A stretch of 64,000 nt of DNA from Heptranchias perlo (GCF_035084215.1 NC_090341.1:26102001-26166000), one strand, 5' to 3'; shown: positions 36,512 through 47,882, counted from the stretch's first letter. Translations and numbers: made by a program. The notes: generated from the sequence alone by a model not told the origin.

Positions 36512-39418
36512 CTAATTGCCCTCGAGAAGGTGGTGGTGAGCCGCCTTCTTAAACCGCTGCAGTCCGTGTGGTGACGGTTCTCCCACAGTGCTGTTAGGAA
36601 GGGAGTTCCAGGATTTTGACCCAGCGACAATGAAGGAACGGCGATATATTTCCAAGTCGGGATGGTGTGTGACTTGGAGGGGAACGTGCAGGTGGTGTTG
36701 TTCCCATGCGCCTGCTGCCCTTGTCCTTCTAGGTGGTAGAGGTCGCGGGCTTGGGAGGTGCTGTCGAAGAAGCCTTGGCGAGTTGCTGCAGTGCATCCTG
36801 TGGATGGTGCACACTGCAGCCACAGTGCGCCGGTGGTGAAGGGAGTGACTGTTTAGGGTGGTGGATGGGGTGCCAATCAAGCGGGCTGCTTTATCTTGGA
36901 TGGTGTCGAGCCTCTTGAGTGTTGTTGGAGCTGCACTCATCCAGGCAAGTGGAGAGTATTCCATCACACTCCTGACTTGTGCCTTGTAGATGGTGGAAAG
37001 GCTTTGGGGAGTCAGGAGGTGAGTCATTCGCCGCAGAATACCCAGCCTCTGACCTGCTCTCGTAGCCACAGTATTTATATGGCTGGTCCAGTTAAGTTTC
37101 TGGTCAATGGTGACCCCCAGGATGTTGATGGTGGGGGATTCGGCGATGGTAATGCCGTTGAATGTCAAGGGGAAGTGGTTAGACTCTCTGTTGTTGGAGA
37201 TGGTCATTGCCTGGCACTTATCTGGCGCGAATGTTACTTGCCACTTATGAGCCCAAGCCTGGATGTTGTCCAGGTCTTGCTGCATGCAGGCTCGGACTGC
37301 TTCATTATCTGAGGGGTTGCGAATGGAACTGAACACTGTGCAGTCATCAGCGAACATCCCCATTTCTGACCTTATGATGGAGGGAAGGTCATTGATGAAG
37401 CAGCTGAAGATGGTTGGGCCTAGGACACTGCCCTGAGGAACTCCTGCAGCAATGCCCTGGGGCTGAGATGATTGGCCTCCAACAACCACTACCATCTTCC
37501 TTTGTGCTAGGTATGACTCCAGCCACTGGAGAGTTTTCCCCCTGATTCCCATTGACTTCAATTTTACTAGGGCTCCTTGGTGCCACACTCGGTCAAATGC
37601 TGCCTTGATGTCAAGGGCAGTCACTCTCACCTCACCTCTGGAATTCAGCTCTTTTGTCCATGTTTGGACCAAGGCTGTAATGAGGTCTGGAGCCGAGTGG
37701 TCCTGGCGGAACCCAAACTGAGCATCGGTGAGCAGGTTATTGGTGAGTAAGTGCCGCTTGATAGCACTGTCGACGACACCTTCCATCACTTTGCTGATGA
37801 TTGAGAGTAGACTGATGGGGCGGTAATTGGCCGGATTGGATTTGTCCTGCTTTTTGTGGACAGGACATACCTGGGCAATTTTCCACATTGTCGGGTGGAT
37901 GCCAGTGTTGTAGCTGTACTGGAACAGCTTGGCTAGAGGCGCAGCTAGTTCTGGAGCACAAGTCTTCAGCACTACAGCTGGGATGTTGTCAGGGCCCATA
38001 GCCTTTGCTGTATCCAGTACACTCAGCCGTTTCTTGATATCACGTGGAGTGAATCGAATTGGCCGAAGACTGGCTTCCGTGATGGTGGGGATATCGGGAG
38101 GAGGCTGAGATGGATTATCCACTCGGCACTTCTGGCTGAAGATGGTTGCAAACGCTTCAGCCTTGTCTTTTGCACTCACGTGCTGGACTCCGCCATCATT
38201 GAGAATGGGGATGTTTGCAGAGCCTCCTCCTCCCGTTAGTTGTTTAATTGTCCACCACCATTCACGACTGGATGTGGCAGGACTGCAGAGCTTTGATCTG
38301 ATCCGTTGGTTGTGGAATCGCTTAGCTCTGTCTATAGCATGTTGCTTCCGCTGTTTAGCATGCATGTAGTCCTGAGTTGTAGCTTCACCAGGTTGGCACC
38401 TCATTTTTAGGTACGCCTGGTGCTGCTCCTGGCATGCTCTTCTACACTCCTCATTGAACCAGGGTTGATCCCCTGGCTTGTTGGTAATGGTAGAGTGAGG
38501 AATATGCCGGGCCATGAGGTTACAGATTGTGCTGGAATACAATTCTGCTGCTGCTGATGGCCCACGGCGCCTCATGGATGCCCAGTTTTGAGCTGCTAGA
38601 TCTGTTCTGAATCTATCCCATTTAGCACGGTGGTAGTGCCACACAACACGTTGGATGGTGTCCTCAGTGCGAAGACGGGATTTCATCTCCACGAGGACTG
38701 TGCGGTGGTCACTCCTACCAATACTGTCATGGACAGATGCATTTGCGACAGGTAGATTGGTGAGGACGAGGTCAAGTAAGTTTTTCCCTCGTGTTGGTTC
38801 GCTCACCACCTGCCGCAGGCCCAGTCTAGCAGCTATGTCCTTCAGGACTCGGCCAGCTCGGTCAGTAGTGGTGCTACCGAGCCACTCTTGGTGATGGACA
38901 TTGAAGTCCCCCACCCAGAGTACATTTTGTGCCCTTGCTACCCTCAGTGCTTCCTCCAAGTGGTGTTCAACATGGAGGAGGACTGATTCATCAGCTGAGG
39001 GAGGACGGTAGGTGGTAATCAGCAGGAGGTTTCCTTGCCCATGTTTGACCTGATGCCATGAGATTTCATGGGGTCCGGAGTCAATGTTGAGGACTCCCAG
39101 GGCCACTCCCTCCTGACTGTATATCACTGTACCGCCACCTCTGGTGGGTCTGTCCTGCCGGTGGGACAGGACATACCCAGGGATGGTGATGGAAGAGTCT
39201 GGGACGTTGGCTGAAAGATATGATTCTGTGAGTATGGCTATGTCAGGCTGTTGCTTGACTAGTCTGTGGGACAGCTCTCCCAATTTTGGCACAAGTCCCC
39301 AGATGTTAGTAAGGAGGACCTTGCAGGGTCGACTGGGCTTGGTGTTTTGCCGTTGTCGTGTCCGGTGCCGGGTGGTCCGTCCGGTTTTATTCTTATTATG
39401 ACTTTTCGTAGCGAGATT
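36512..39418 (-). CDS. LINE APE-endonuclease/reverse transcriptase, uninterrupted; no AUG before the endonuclease
   Basis: Stop-to-stop frame from 39418 (preceded by TAA). Motifs NIWGL, TESYL, GGG, YRPP, GDFN, LDLV, SDH, YRPISLL, QFGFR, DIKAAFD, GVPQGSVLGP, FADD. The ORF-track start at 39292 is a GTG inside the APE domain. Confidence 0.9.
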   Translation of the reverse strand, partial: NLATKSHNKNKTGRTTRHRTRQRQNTKPSRPCKVLLTNIWGLVPKLGELSHRLVKQQPDIAILTESYLSANVPDSSITIPGYVLSHRQDRPTRGGGTVIYSQEGVALGVLNIDSGPHEISWHQVKHGQGNLLLITTYRPPSADESVLLHVEHHLEEALRVARAQNVLWVGDFNVHHQEWLGSTTTDRAGRVLKDIAARLGLRQVVSEPTRGKNLLDLVLTNLPVANASVHDSIGRSDHRTVLVEMKSRLRTEDTIQRVVWHYHRAKWDRFRTDLAAQNWASMRRRGPSAAAELYSSTICNLMARHIPHSTITNKPGDQPWFNEECRRACQEQHQAYLKMRCQPGEATTQDYMHAKQRKQHAIDRAKRFHNQRIRSKLCSPATSSREWWWTIKQLTGGGGSANIPILNDGGVQHVSAKDKAEAFATIFSQKCRVDNPSQPPPDIPTITEASLRPIRFTPRDIKKRLSVLDTAKAMGPDNIPAVVLKTCAPELAAPLAKLFQYSYNTGIHPTMWKIAQVCPVHKKQDKSNPANYRPISLLSIISKVMEGVVDSAIKRHLLTNNLLTDAQFGFRQDHSAPDLITALVQTWTKELNSRGEVRVTALDIKAAFDRVWHQGALVKLKSMGIRGKTLQWLESYLAQRKMVVVVGGQSSQPQGIAAGVPQGSVLGPTIFSCFINDLPSIIRSEMGMFADDCTVFSSIRNPSDNEAVRACMQQDLDNIQAWAHKWQVTFAPDKCQAMTISNNRESNHFPLTFNGITIAESPTINILGVTIDQKLNWTSHINTVATRAGQRLGILRRMTHLLTPQSLSTIYKAQVRSVMEYSPLAWMSAAPTTLKRLDTIQDKAARLIGTPSTTLNSHSLHHRRTVAAVCTIHRMHCSNSPRLLRQHLPSPRPLPPRRTRAAGAWEQHHLHVPLQVTHHPDLEIYRRSFIVAGSKSWNSLPNSTVGEPSPHGLQRFKKAAHHHLLEGN

Positions 39419-39679
39419 TTACAACTGAGTGGCTTGCTAGGCCATTTCAGAGGGCAATTAAGAATCAACCACATTGCTGTGGGTCTGGAGTCACATATAG
39501 GCCAGACCGGGTAAGGGCGGCAGGCTTCCTTCCCTAAAGGACATTAGTGAACCAGATGGGTTTTTACGACAATCCGGTAGTTTCATGGCCATCATTACTG
39601 ATACTAGTATTTTAATTCCAGATTTTTTATTTTAATTAATTGAATTTAATTAATTAATTGAATTTAAATTCGCCAGCTG

Positions 39680-39762
39680 CCGTGGCGGGATTTGAACTCA
39701 TGACTCTGGATTTTAGTCCAGGCCTCTGGATTACTCGCCCAGTTACATAACCACTATGCTAC
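39680..39762 (-). promoter_or_regulatory. tRNA-derived internal Pol III promoter at the LINE 5' end
   Basis: A-box TAGCATAGTGG (39761-39751) and B-box GAGTTCAAATCCC (39699-39687). Confidence 0.75.
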
Positions 39763-40024
39763 AGTTATAGAAGATTGCTAACAACATCTGCAAGATCTCT
39801 GGAAGTCATGAATCCATTATCGTAAAATCAATGGACCATTTGGCCCATATACTGTTTACATAGACAGCCTATTTAAACACCTCATTATCAGAAAGAGTAC
39901 AGCTTTGGCACAGAAAGGTCTTCCCGTACTCGGGGGTCTCAGAGTGAATTCCAGTGATTGGAACCAAGGCGGCTGAAGACTCTACCATCAACAGTGGGAC
40001 AAAAGTCATGAGCAGATGCACAAA

Positions 40025-40625
40025 ACAACCACAACTTGCACTTATAAAGCGCCTTTAACATAGTCAAACATCCCAAGGCGCTTCACAAAAGCGTTATCAA
40101 ACAAAATTTGACATTGAGCCATATAAGGAGATATTGGGACAGGTAACCAAAAGAGGTAGGTTTTAAGGACATCTTAAAGAGGGAGCAAGTGGTAGAGAGG
40201 CAGAGAGGTTTAGGGAGGTAATTCCAGAGCTTAGGGCATAGGCAGCTGAAGGTACAGCCGCCAATGGTGGAGTGATTAAAATTCGGGATGCGCAAGAGGC
40301 CACAATTGGAGGACTGCAGAGATCTTGGAGGATTGTAGGGCTGGAGGAGGTTACAGAGATAGGGAGAGGCGAGACCATGGAGGGATTTGAAAACAAGGAT
40401 GAGAATTTTAAAATCGAGGCGTTGCCAGACTGGGAGATAATGTAGATCAGTGAACGCAGGGATGATGGGTGAACGAGACTTGGTGCGAGAGTCAGCGGGG
40501 TGACGGGTGCAGTGAGGCTTGAGAATGTTGCAGAGATAAGGAAGGGCAAGGGCACAAAGAGATTTGGTGAGAACAAGGATTTTAAGATCAATGCTTTGGC
40601 GCTCAGGCAGCCAATGCAGATTCAC
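40025..40625 (-). mobile_element. L2 LINE 3' portion (two overlapping remnants)
   Basis: LHYLPVWQRLDFKILILVFKSLHGLASPYL and an L2 tail; a second LHWLP...IDLKIL remnant lies upstream. Confidence 0.82.
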
Positions 40626-41516
40626 GAGATAAGTGAGTGGGACATAGTGAGTGACTAATTTTGAATTTTGAACATGTTGGCGGTGGGTCGGGGGGGGGTG
40701 GCGGTTGAAGTATGGGAGGTTGACAATAAAGACTTTGGAGAAATGGCATCTGGAGGTTACAGAAGTGCAGATTTCAGCAATAGTAGGGGTGAGGCAGGAA
40801 GCATCATCGAGTTACATCGAGTCTACAGCACAGGAAGAGGCCATTCGGCCCAAATGGTGGTGTTTATGCTCCACACGAGCCTCCTCCCACCCCTCTTCAT
40901 CTAACCCTATCAGGATACCCTTCCATTCCTTTCTCCCTCATGTGCTTATCTAGCTTCCCCTTAAATGCATCTATGCTATTTGCCTCAACTACTCCTTGTG
41001 GTAGTGCGTCCCACATTCTTACCACTCTCTCCTGAATTCCCTATTGGATTTATTAGTAACTATCTTATATTAATGGCCTCTATTTTTGGACTCCCCCACA
41101 AGTGGAAATATTTCTCTACATCTACCCTATCAAACCCTTTCGTTATATTGGGGGGTGTAGTTAATACAAAGGAAGAATGCGTCAAAATGCAAGAGGACAT
41201 TAATAACCTTGCAGATTGGGCATATAATTGACAAATGAATTTCAATATAGTGTGAGATGGTGCATTTTGATAGGAAGAATAAGGAGGCACATATTGCTTG
41301 GATAATAAGTCTAAACAGGATAGAGGAGCAAAGGGATCTAGGGGTACAGATACACAAATCACTAAAAGTAGCTACATAGGTTAATAAGGACATAAAAAAG
41401 GCAAATCAAGCACTAGGGTTCATTTCTAGAGGGATAGAATTGAAAAGCAAAAAAGTTATGTCAAACTTGTATAGAACCTTGGTTGGACCACATTTATAGT
41501 AATGTGCACAGCTCTG

Positions 41517-42618
41517 GGCCTAAATTTTAACCCCATGAACAAGTGGGTTGGGGGCGGGTGGGAATGTAAAAATTGTAAAAAATTAAAACCTGACCCCAAC
41601 TCGCCTCCAACCCGCCCATTTCCGGTTTTAACGGAGGCGGGACGAGGGGTTGGCGACCAACCCGCTCTTTGGAGGCAGGTCGGTCAGTGAAAACTTTCAA
41701 GGATACAAATGACAAGCTTTTTTATTTTTAACTCCCGGGGGCCATGATTCCCGGGCCTTCTGCTTCACACCATGTGAGAGGAGGCGTAAAGGCCTGATAC
41801 AGCAGCTAAGCGCCTTTATCACACTGCTTGTGGGCCCGGAGGAGCAGGAGTGCTTCCCTAAAGCCCAACAAGCCTATCTGCAGCGACCACCCCCATGATC
41901 TCCGATCCCTCCCCTCCACGATCTCCGACCCCCCAATGACCGACCCCTGTTGATCCCCAGCCCCTCGATGATCCATGCCCCCCCCCCCCTTGATGGCCAA
42001 CTCCGATGACTCCCGACCTCCGATGACCGACCACTGATAACCCTGACCCTTCCAATGACTGACCCCCCGATGACTCCTGACCCCCCGTGACTCCTGATCC
42101 CCCAATGACACCTGACCCCCGATGACGGACCCCCAATGATGGACCCCCGATGACGGACTCCCGATGACTGAACCCCGATGACGGACCCCCGATGACTGAA
42201 CCCCGATGACCGACCTCAGATGACTGACTCCTGATGATTCCCAACCCGCGATTACTTCCGACACCTGATGACTGACCCCCGATGACCCATGACCCACCCT
42301 CGATAACCGACCCCCGATGACTCCCGACCCCTGATGATTGACTCCCCGATGACCGACCCCGATGACCCTGATGACTCCTGATCTCCGACCCCTCTGACTC
42401 CTGACCCCCAATGATCTCTGACCCTGACACCCCCCACCCCAATAATCGACCACCCCACCCATCTAAGACTTACCTGCTGGCATCCACTTCCTGGCTCTTC
42501 TCCCATCTGACTGACGGCCAGCTTGTCAATCAGGCTGTCAGGCCTGTCAACCCGTACATCCAAGTTTCCCGTCAGGAATTCCCCCGCCTCCTTCCAGCTC
42601 CAGGTTAAAATTTACCCC
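41517..42618. mobile_element. Harbinger-like non-autonomous transposon carrying an internal minisatellite
   Basis: TIRs GGCCTAAATTTTAACC and GGTTAAAATTTACCCC (14/16 match); 3-bp TSD CTG (41514-41516 and 42619-42621). The host CR1 continues across it. Confidence 0.8.
41890..42460 (+). repeat. C-rich degenerate minisatellite (CCCCGATGAC/CCGA-type units)
   Basis: Many imperfect ccccgatgac(t/c/g)ga units; these explain the G/S/V-rich spurious ORFs. Confidence 0.85.
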
Positions 42619-43983
42619 CTGGCCTCCATTTAATAGAGAGGATATAGAGGCATTGGAAAGGGTGCAAAAAAGATTCACAAGAATGATACCAGGGAAGGCT
42701 GAACAGACTGGAGCTCTTTTCTCTAGAAAAGGGAAGGCTGAGAAGTGACCTGATAGAGGTCTTTAAGATAGTGATAGACGTAGAGAAAATGTTTCCACTT
42801 GTGGGGGAGTCCAAAACTAGAGGTCAGAAATATAAAATAGTTGCTAATAAATCCAATAGGAGAAACTTCTTTACCCAAAGAGTGGTAAGAATGTGGAATG
42901 TGCTACCACAAGGAGTAGTTGAGGCAAATAGCATAGATGCATTTAAGGGGAAGCGAGATAAGCATATGAGTGAGAAAGGAATAGAAGAATATCCTGATAG
43001 GGTTTGATGAAGTAGGGAGGGAGGAAGCTCGTGTGGAGCATAAATGCCTGCATAGAGCGGTCGGGCCAAATGGCCTGTTTCTGTGCTGAAATTTCGATGT
43101 AACTCGGTGTAACTTTATCAGGTCACCCCTCAGCCTTCTCTTTTCTAGGAAAAGCATCCCTGCCTGTTCAGCCTTTCCTGATATGTTGAAATTCATTTGC
43201 TAATTATATGCCCATTCTGCAAGTTTATTAATGTCCGCTTGCATTTTGGTGCATACTTCCTTTGTATTAATGACACCCTCAAATTTGGTGTCATCCGCAA
43301 ATTTTGAAATTGTACTTCCGAGGCAGATGCAGGTGATGTTGTGGAGTTGGAAGTAAGAGGTCTTGGTGATTGGATAGGATGTAGAATTTGGAGCTCAACC
43401 CTGGGTTGAACAGAGCATCAAGGTTTCACACTGTCTGATTCAGTCTAAGTAAGTGGCTAGAGAGGATAATAAAAGTGGGAATGGTGTTTATAGCCTTCCT
43501 GATGTTCATTTGGGGGAAATTTTAACTCATCCATGCCACGATAAGACAGGGAGTCTGACAGCAAGAAGATGGTCATTGGGTCGAATAAAATGATGGCAGG
43601 ATAGAACTGGGTAACATCAGCATACACCTGACCCTGTAGATGATATCACTGAGAGGCAGCATATAGATAAGGAAGAGCAGAAGAGCCAAGAATTGATCCT
43701 AAGGGAATCTGGCAGTGATGGTGCAGAGGCAGGAAGAGATGCCATTGCTGGAGATGCACTGGCTGCATTCAGACCCGGAGGAGTGGAATCTCCTATATAA
43801 AAATATATTTGTAAAACTAGCACAAATACAACTATTACATTCAGACAGTTCTGGTTCTTGTCTTTGAAAATTAAAAAAACTAATTCTTTGAAGATTATCC
43901 ACCAGAGGGCAATATCACACCATGGGGTTTTTACTACTATCAGAACGCATTGAATTCCATCCATCGCTGTTTCACTAGTTTCA

Positions 43984-44110
43984 ATTTTTAAAATTCATTC
44001 TTGGGATACGGGCGTTGCTGGCAAAGTCGGTATTTATTGTCCGTCCCTCATTGCCCTGAGAAGGTGCTGGTGAGCCGCTTCTTGAACCGCTGCAGTTCGT
44101 GTACTGAGGG
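43984..44110 (-). mobile_element. 3'-tail fragment of the 36447-39762 LINE family
   Basis: gggcgttgctggcaaag...attgccctgagaaggtgctggtgagccgcttcttgaaccgctgcag. Confidence 0.75.
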
Positions 44111-44629
44111 TGCTCCCGCAATTTTGTATTAGATATACGCCTATATGTACCAGCATAAATCCAGTTCAAATACAAGGTGCATATATATATTTGGAATCAT
44201 TGTTGTGCTTCCTTCAGACCCTCAAGAAAGAAGACCAACTATGTGTTTCTATTGTGCTAGCTTTAATATAACAGTTGGAGCTGACACAACATGGAAATGA
44301 TCTCTGGCTAACCTAGTTACCAGTGTGATTCATTCCTCCCTCAGATAGGTGAACTTATATATATATATATATATATATTTCAGTGTTTTTTATTAGGTAA
44401 TGTGTATTGGACAATTTGATGTTTTGTCTGTTTTTATTTGTCAGTGAGACCTTCACTAAATCTGAATTTTATTGGTATTTCATTTGATAAAATAATGAAT
44501 CACCAATTTCTCACCTACCCCTCAAAAGCTGCTGCAGCTGTCTCTTCCTCGTGAGTTTGGGCGCTGTCCCTTTGGATGTTGTGCAATAGAAACCACTTCC
44601 TTTTTAGGGATAAAAGCAGCACTGCAGAC

Positions 44630-44805
44630 TCAAATGGCTAACTCAGATAGATTTCTAGACACAAAAGGCATCAAGGGGTATGGGGAGAGAGCGGGAATAT
44701 GGTATTGCGATAGAGGATCAGCCATGATCATACTGAATGGCGGAGCAGGCTCGAAGGGCTGAATGGCCTTCTCCTGTTCCTATTTTCTATGTTTCTATGT
44801 TTCTA
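44630..44805 (+). mobile_element. CR1 3' tail with (TTTCTATG)n repeats
   Basis: gaatggcggagcaggctcgaagggctgaatggcct...ttctatgtttctatgtttcta. Confidence 0.8.
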
Positions 44806-46258
44806 ACAGTTGCTACCTGACATCTGTGGGGTTCACTCTCCATACTGCTCCTCTCAATTCAGGTTTTGCTGCTGGAAACTGATTGAGTGGAGCAAAGATG
44901 TCATTGCCATTGTACAACATTGAGTTCCATCAAGCAATATTCAGCTCCTGTTAATTCAAAACTATGTTTTGCTTGAAAAATTAGAATTATCCAGTAATTT
45001 GAATTAATCTGTTTAAGTAAAACAGCACAGGAGCTATTTTTTGGATGATTTCAATTCAAATTAACAGACAATTTGAATTAAGCAACTTTGAATTAAGAGG
45101 AGTAGACTGTAAATCACAACACCAACCCAACAAGGCAGAGAAATACAGGTTTCCAAATTTTAGTTTGCCAGATTTTATTGGTGTTACTGAAATAAACAAT
45201 TGCTCCAAATTTGTCTTGCTGGCATTGGGCTGGGTCCCACCCTTTCCCGCAGAAGTCGTGAAAATCTATACCTTTTTGTTTAGAATTTTAGCTCAGCTAA
45301 AGTTGGCAAACTTAAGCTCAACTGAGGTAGTGCTACTGAGTGTAATAATTGGCCTCAACACTCTTGGATTAGCGAGGAGAAAAATCAGACAACTTTTCTC
45401 CCGCTGACTGCTGATCACATATGTGAGCATTAGGTGAAGATAGGATAAGGCTAGGCTGTCCACTATTCCCCTACAGTTAACCAGCCCTCAATGCTCACTG
45501 TCGAAGATTACATGTGAAATATGGCCATTTGGGCAAGACAGTGGAGTGCGGCCAGCTGCTGTGGAATCTTTCCACAACAACTTTTAGGAACAAAAGGGAA
45601 GGAAAATGGTGATTTTTTAAAAAAATGTGGCAAACCCTAAAAAGACACTGTTTTTGTCACTGGTTGAGGAGGTGGAATGATTTTGCAAAATATACAATCA
45701 TATTTCTTCATGTTTGATTTCTTACTAAGTTTATTTGTGCTGCAGTGCATGTTTGTTACAATCAAGCTGCATTCAATAACAGATTGTTAATTGTATCATG
45801 TGATTTATATCAATTAGTGTTAATTGTATTCAGGTGGTGTGTGTCAATTGGGGACTTTCTTGTATTCTTTTTATGAGAGCTTATCTAGGGTGTGGTGTGT
45901 GTGTGTAAGGGGGATCTCTGTGAATAAAGGCTTGGAAGCAACTGAAGACCAGGCTCTAGTATTCTATCCTTCACCACTTGGCTATCCAATTTAGAACACT
46001 GATGTCTCCTCTGCTTTTAGTTGGACTACCTGACCTTCAGCTTAGTTGTGGATTACCCAGCAGAGTGCAGCCTTAAGTGTATTTTACATGCCAGCATTCA
46101 TTATAGTATCACATAACAGCAAATCTGGCCCACATCCCCATTTCATTACTTTGTGTTGATCAGATTTTTTGTACATGGCATAGGTTTGTCTATTAAATAA
46201 TTTGATGCATTATAATTTAATATTAAATGAGTACCTTTCAGGAAGATTACAATTTACA

Positions 46259-46609
46259 ATGCAATGATCCAAAGAAATATGCTGAATAGCTTGGCTACAA
46301 GTATTCACAGTAGCCTGAAGCCAATTAAATTGGTGTAGGACTTGTAGGCAGTATCATAAACTCTGTAATCAGGTAATGAAGGAGATTTTGTTTTGTCTCA
46401 AGAACCGCTTTGTGACAGAGGAGGTAATGGAAATCATTATACTCTAATTAGGAAATGTATTAATATTAAAATGTTATATTCATGTGTTATTCTATTCTTT
46501 AAAAAGTTATCAATCATAGAGTCCTTCATAAATCTGCAACTATTTGACAGTTTTTGCAAAAGATCCCACGGCACGATTTCGAAGACGAGCAGGGGAGTTC
46601 TCGCTGGTG
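46259..46609 (+). repeat. Local duplication, copy 1 (351 bp)
   Basis: Highly similar, same-length direct copy at 47883-48233. Confidence 0.9.
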
Positions 46610-46825
46610 CTCTGGACAATATTTATCCTTCAAACAACACCTAAAATAGATTATCTGATCATTTTCACATTGCTGTATGTGGGAGCTTGCTGCGTGCAAA
46701 TTGGTCACTGCCACTCCTATATTACAACAGTGACTACACTTTAAAAAAAGTACTTAATTGGCTGTACAGCACTATGGGACATCCTGAAGTCATGAAAGGC
46801 ACTATATAAATGCAAGTCTTTCTTT
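46560..46825 (+). mobile_element. 5'-truncated Deu-domain SINE
   Basis: aaagatcccacggcacgatttcgaag...gaaaggcactatataaatgcaagtctttc. Confidence 0.8.
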
Positions 46826-47163
46826 TATCCAACTCATCAGCCTTCTTTGCCCTTACATGATCATGCCAATAATAATCACCAGATTGAATATGTCAGCACA
46901 AAATAAGTGCACCTTTTCTTCTATGACTCTAATCTCCATGAACAACAAAATACAACATAAGTGCATATTCTCGACAATGACCACAACTTGCATTTATATA
47001 GTACCTTTAACATAGTAAAACGTCCCAAGGCACTTCATAGGCATGTAATCAGACAATATCTTCGCTATTCTCCTCTACTACAATCAAGTCAAAAGTGAAC
47101 ACAAACCAACCTACTCTTTCCTCACACTATGCTTCCCCTGGGTGACTAAATGTCTCTCTCTTC

Positions 47164-47783
47164 TGTTAAAGTAAAATTTAAGCTGTTGGGTTAAAGGCAA
47201 AGATGAAGTGACTATTGTGTGCATGGCTGCGGTCACTGCCCCGAGACCACACTGAAATGCGCTTTGCACAGACCAGACTAACCATAATCAAAAGCTTAAA
47301 CACAACATATGACAAATTAGTGTACTACTAAACAAAATGGACTCTACTAAACAAAATGGATTCTGCTCAAGATGGACTGTGTGAGAAGACATTAAAAAAT
47401 GCTGAGCTTGTGTGTTTAGAAAGCTGACTTACAGTCTGGAGTCACAAAGACATTTCACAATGAGCTGATAAAAACTACAGAACCAGACTGGATAGACAAA
47501 GACCATACTGTCTTAAGTTGATAACAGTTGTTTTAATGTGATTGGAGGTCAACTGTTGCTGTGGGGGCCTAATTGGCTAATGTGTAACTAATCAAGACTA
47601 ATAATGTAATAGCTGCTGAAAGTCTGTACTTGAAAGGTATAAAAAAGCGCGACAACCATTTTGAAGTTGAGAAGGTGGCTGCGTACACTGCGGAGTGTCC
47701 AGTTCTTCTCCCAAAGTACTTTGTCCAATAAACTGCATGTTGAATCTTTAAGTCTGACTCCGAGTGGTGATTTTCCCACAACA
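47164..47783 (+). mobile_element. Solo LTR (620 bp; ERV1- or Gypsy-like)
   Basis: TGTT...AACA termini, 4-bp TSD CTTC (47160-47163 and 47784-47787), TATAAAAA at about 47638, AATAAA at about 47727, internal ~19-bp tandem repeat near 47325-47362. Confidence 0.8.
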
Positions 47784-47882
47784 CTTCTATTCTACTGCTT
47801 TCCTAGCTGCAACCTGAGGGTCAATTTCATGAGAGGTGGTTGGCTGCTCCTGTTCTCAAAAGGCTATTGGGACGGAGGTAGT

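Larger units (their letters stand above)
36447..39762 (-). mobile_element. Apparently full-length single-ORF APE-RT non-LTR retrotransposon (CR1/Jockey group) with a tRNA-like 5' head
   Basis: A/B-box head, ~260-nt leader, long open ORF, short 3' UTR and poly(A) (T-run from 36447). No ORF1. No TSD identified. Confidence 0.93.
40810..43320. mobile_element. Cluster of CR1 fragments in alternating orientation (40810-41140 minus, 41145-43110 plus, 43115-43320 minus)
   Basis: CR1 RT and 3' UTR motifs in both orientations; the plus copy is split by a MITE. Confidence 0.8.

Noticed and set aside
39680-39762. Functional tRNA gene
   Set aside because: A and B boxes are present but there is no clean cloverleaf or downstream T-run terminator, and it is contiguous with the LINE leader.
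41806-42563. 218-aa and 194-aa Gly/Ser/Val-rich ORFs
   Set aside because: Translation artefacts of the minisatellite inside a MITE.
45754-45998. Possible short Gypsy-type solo LTR (TGTT...AATAAA...AACA)
   Set aside because: The termini fit, but no target-site duplication was found, so it is not listed as a supported feature.
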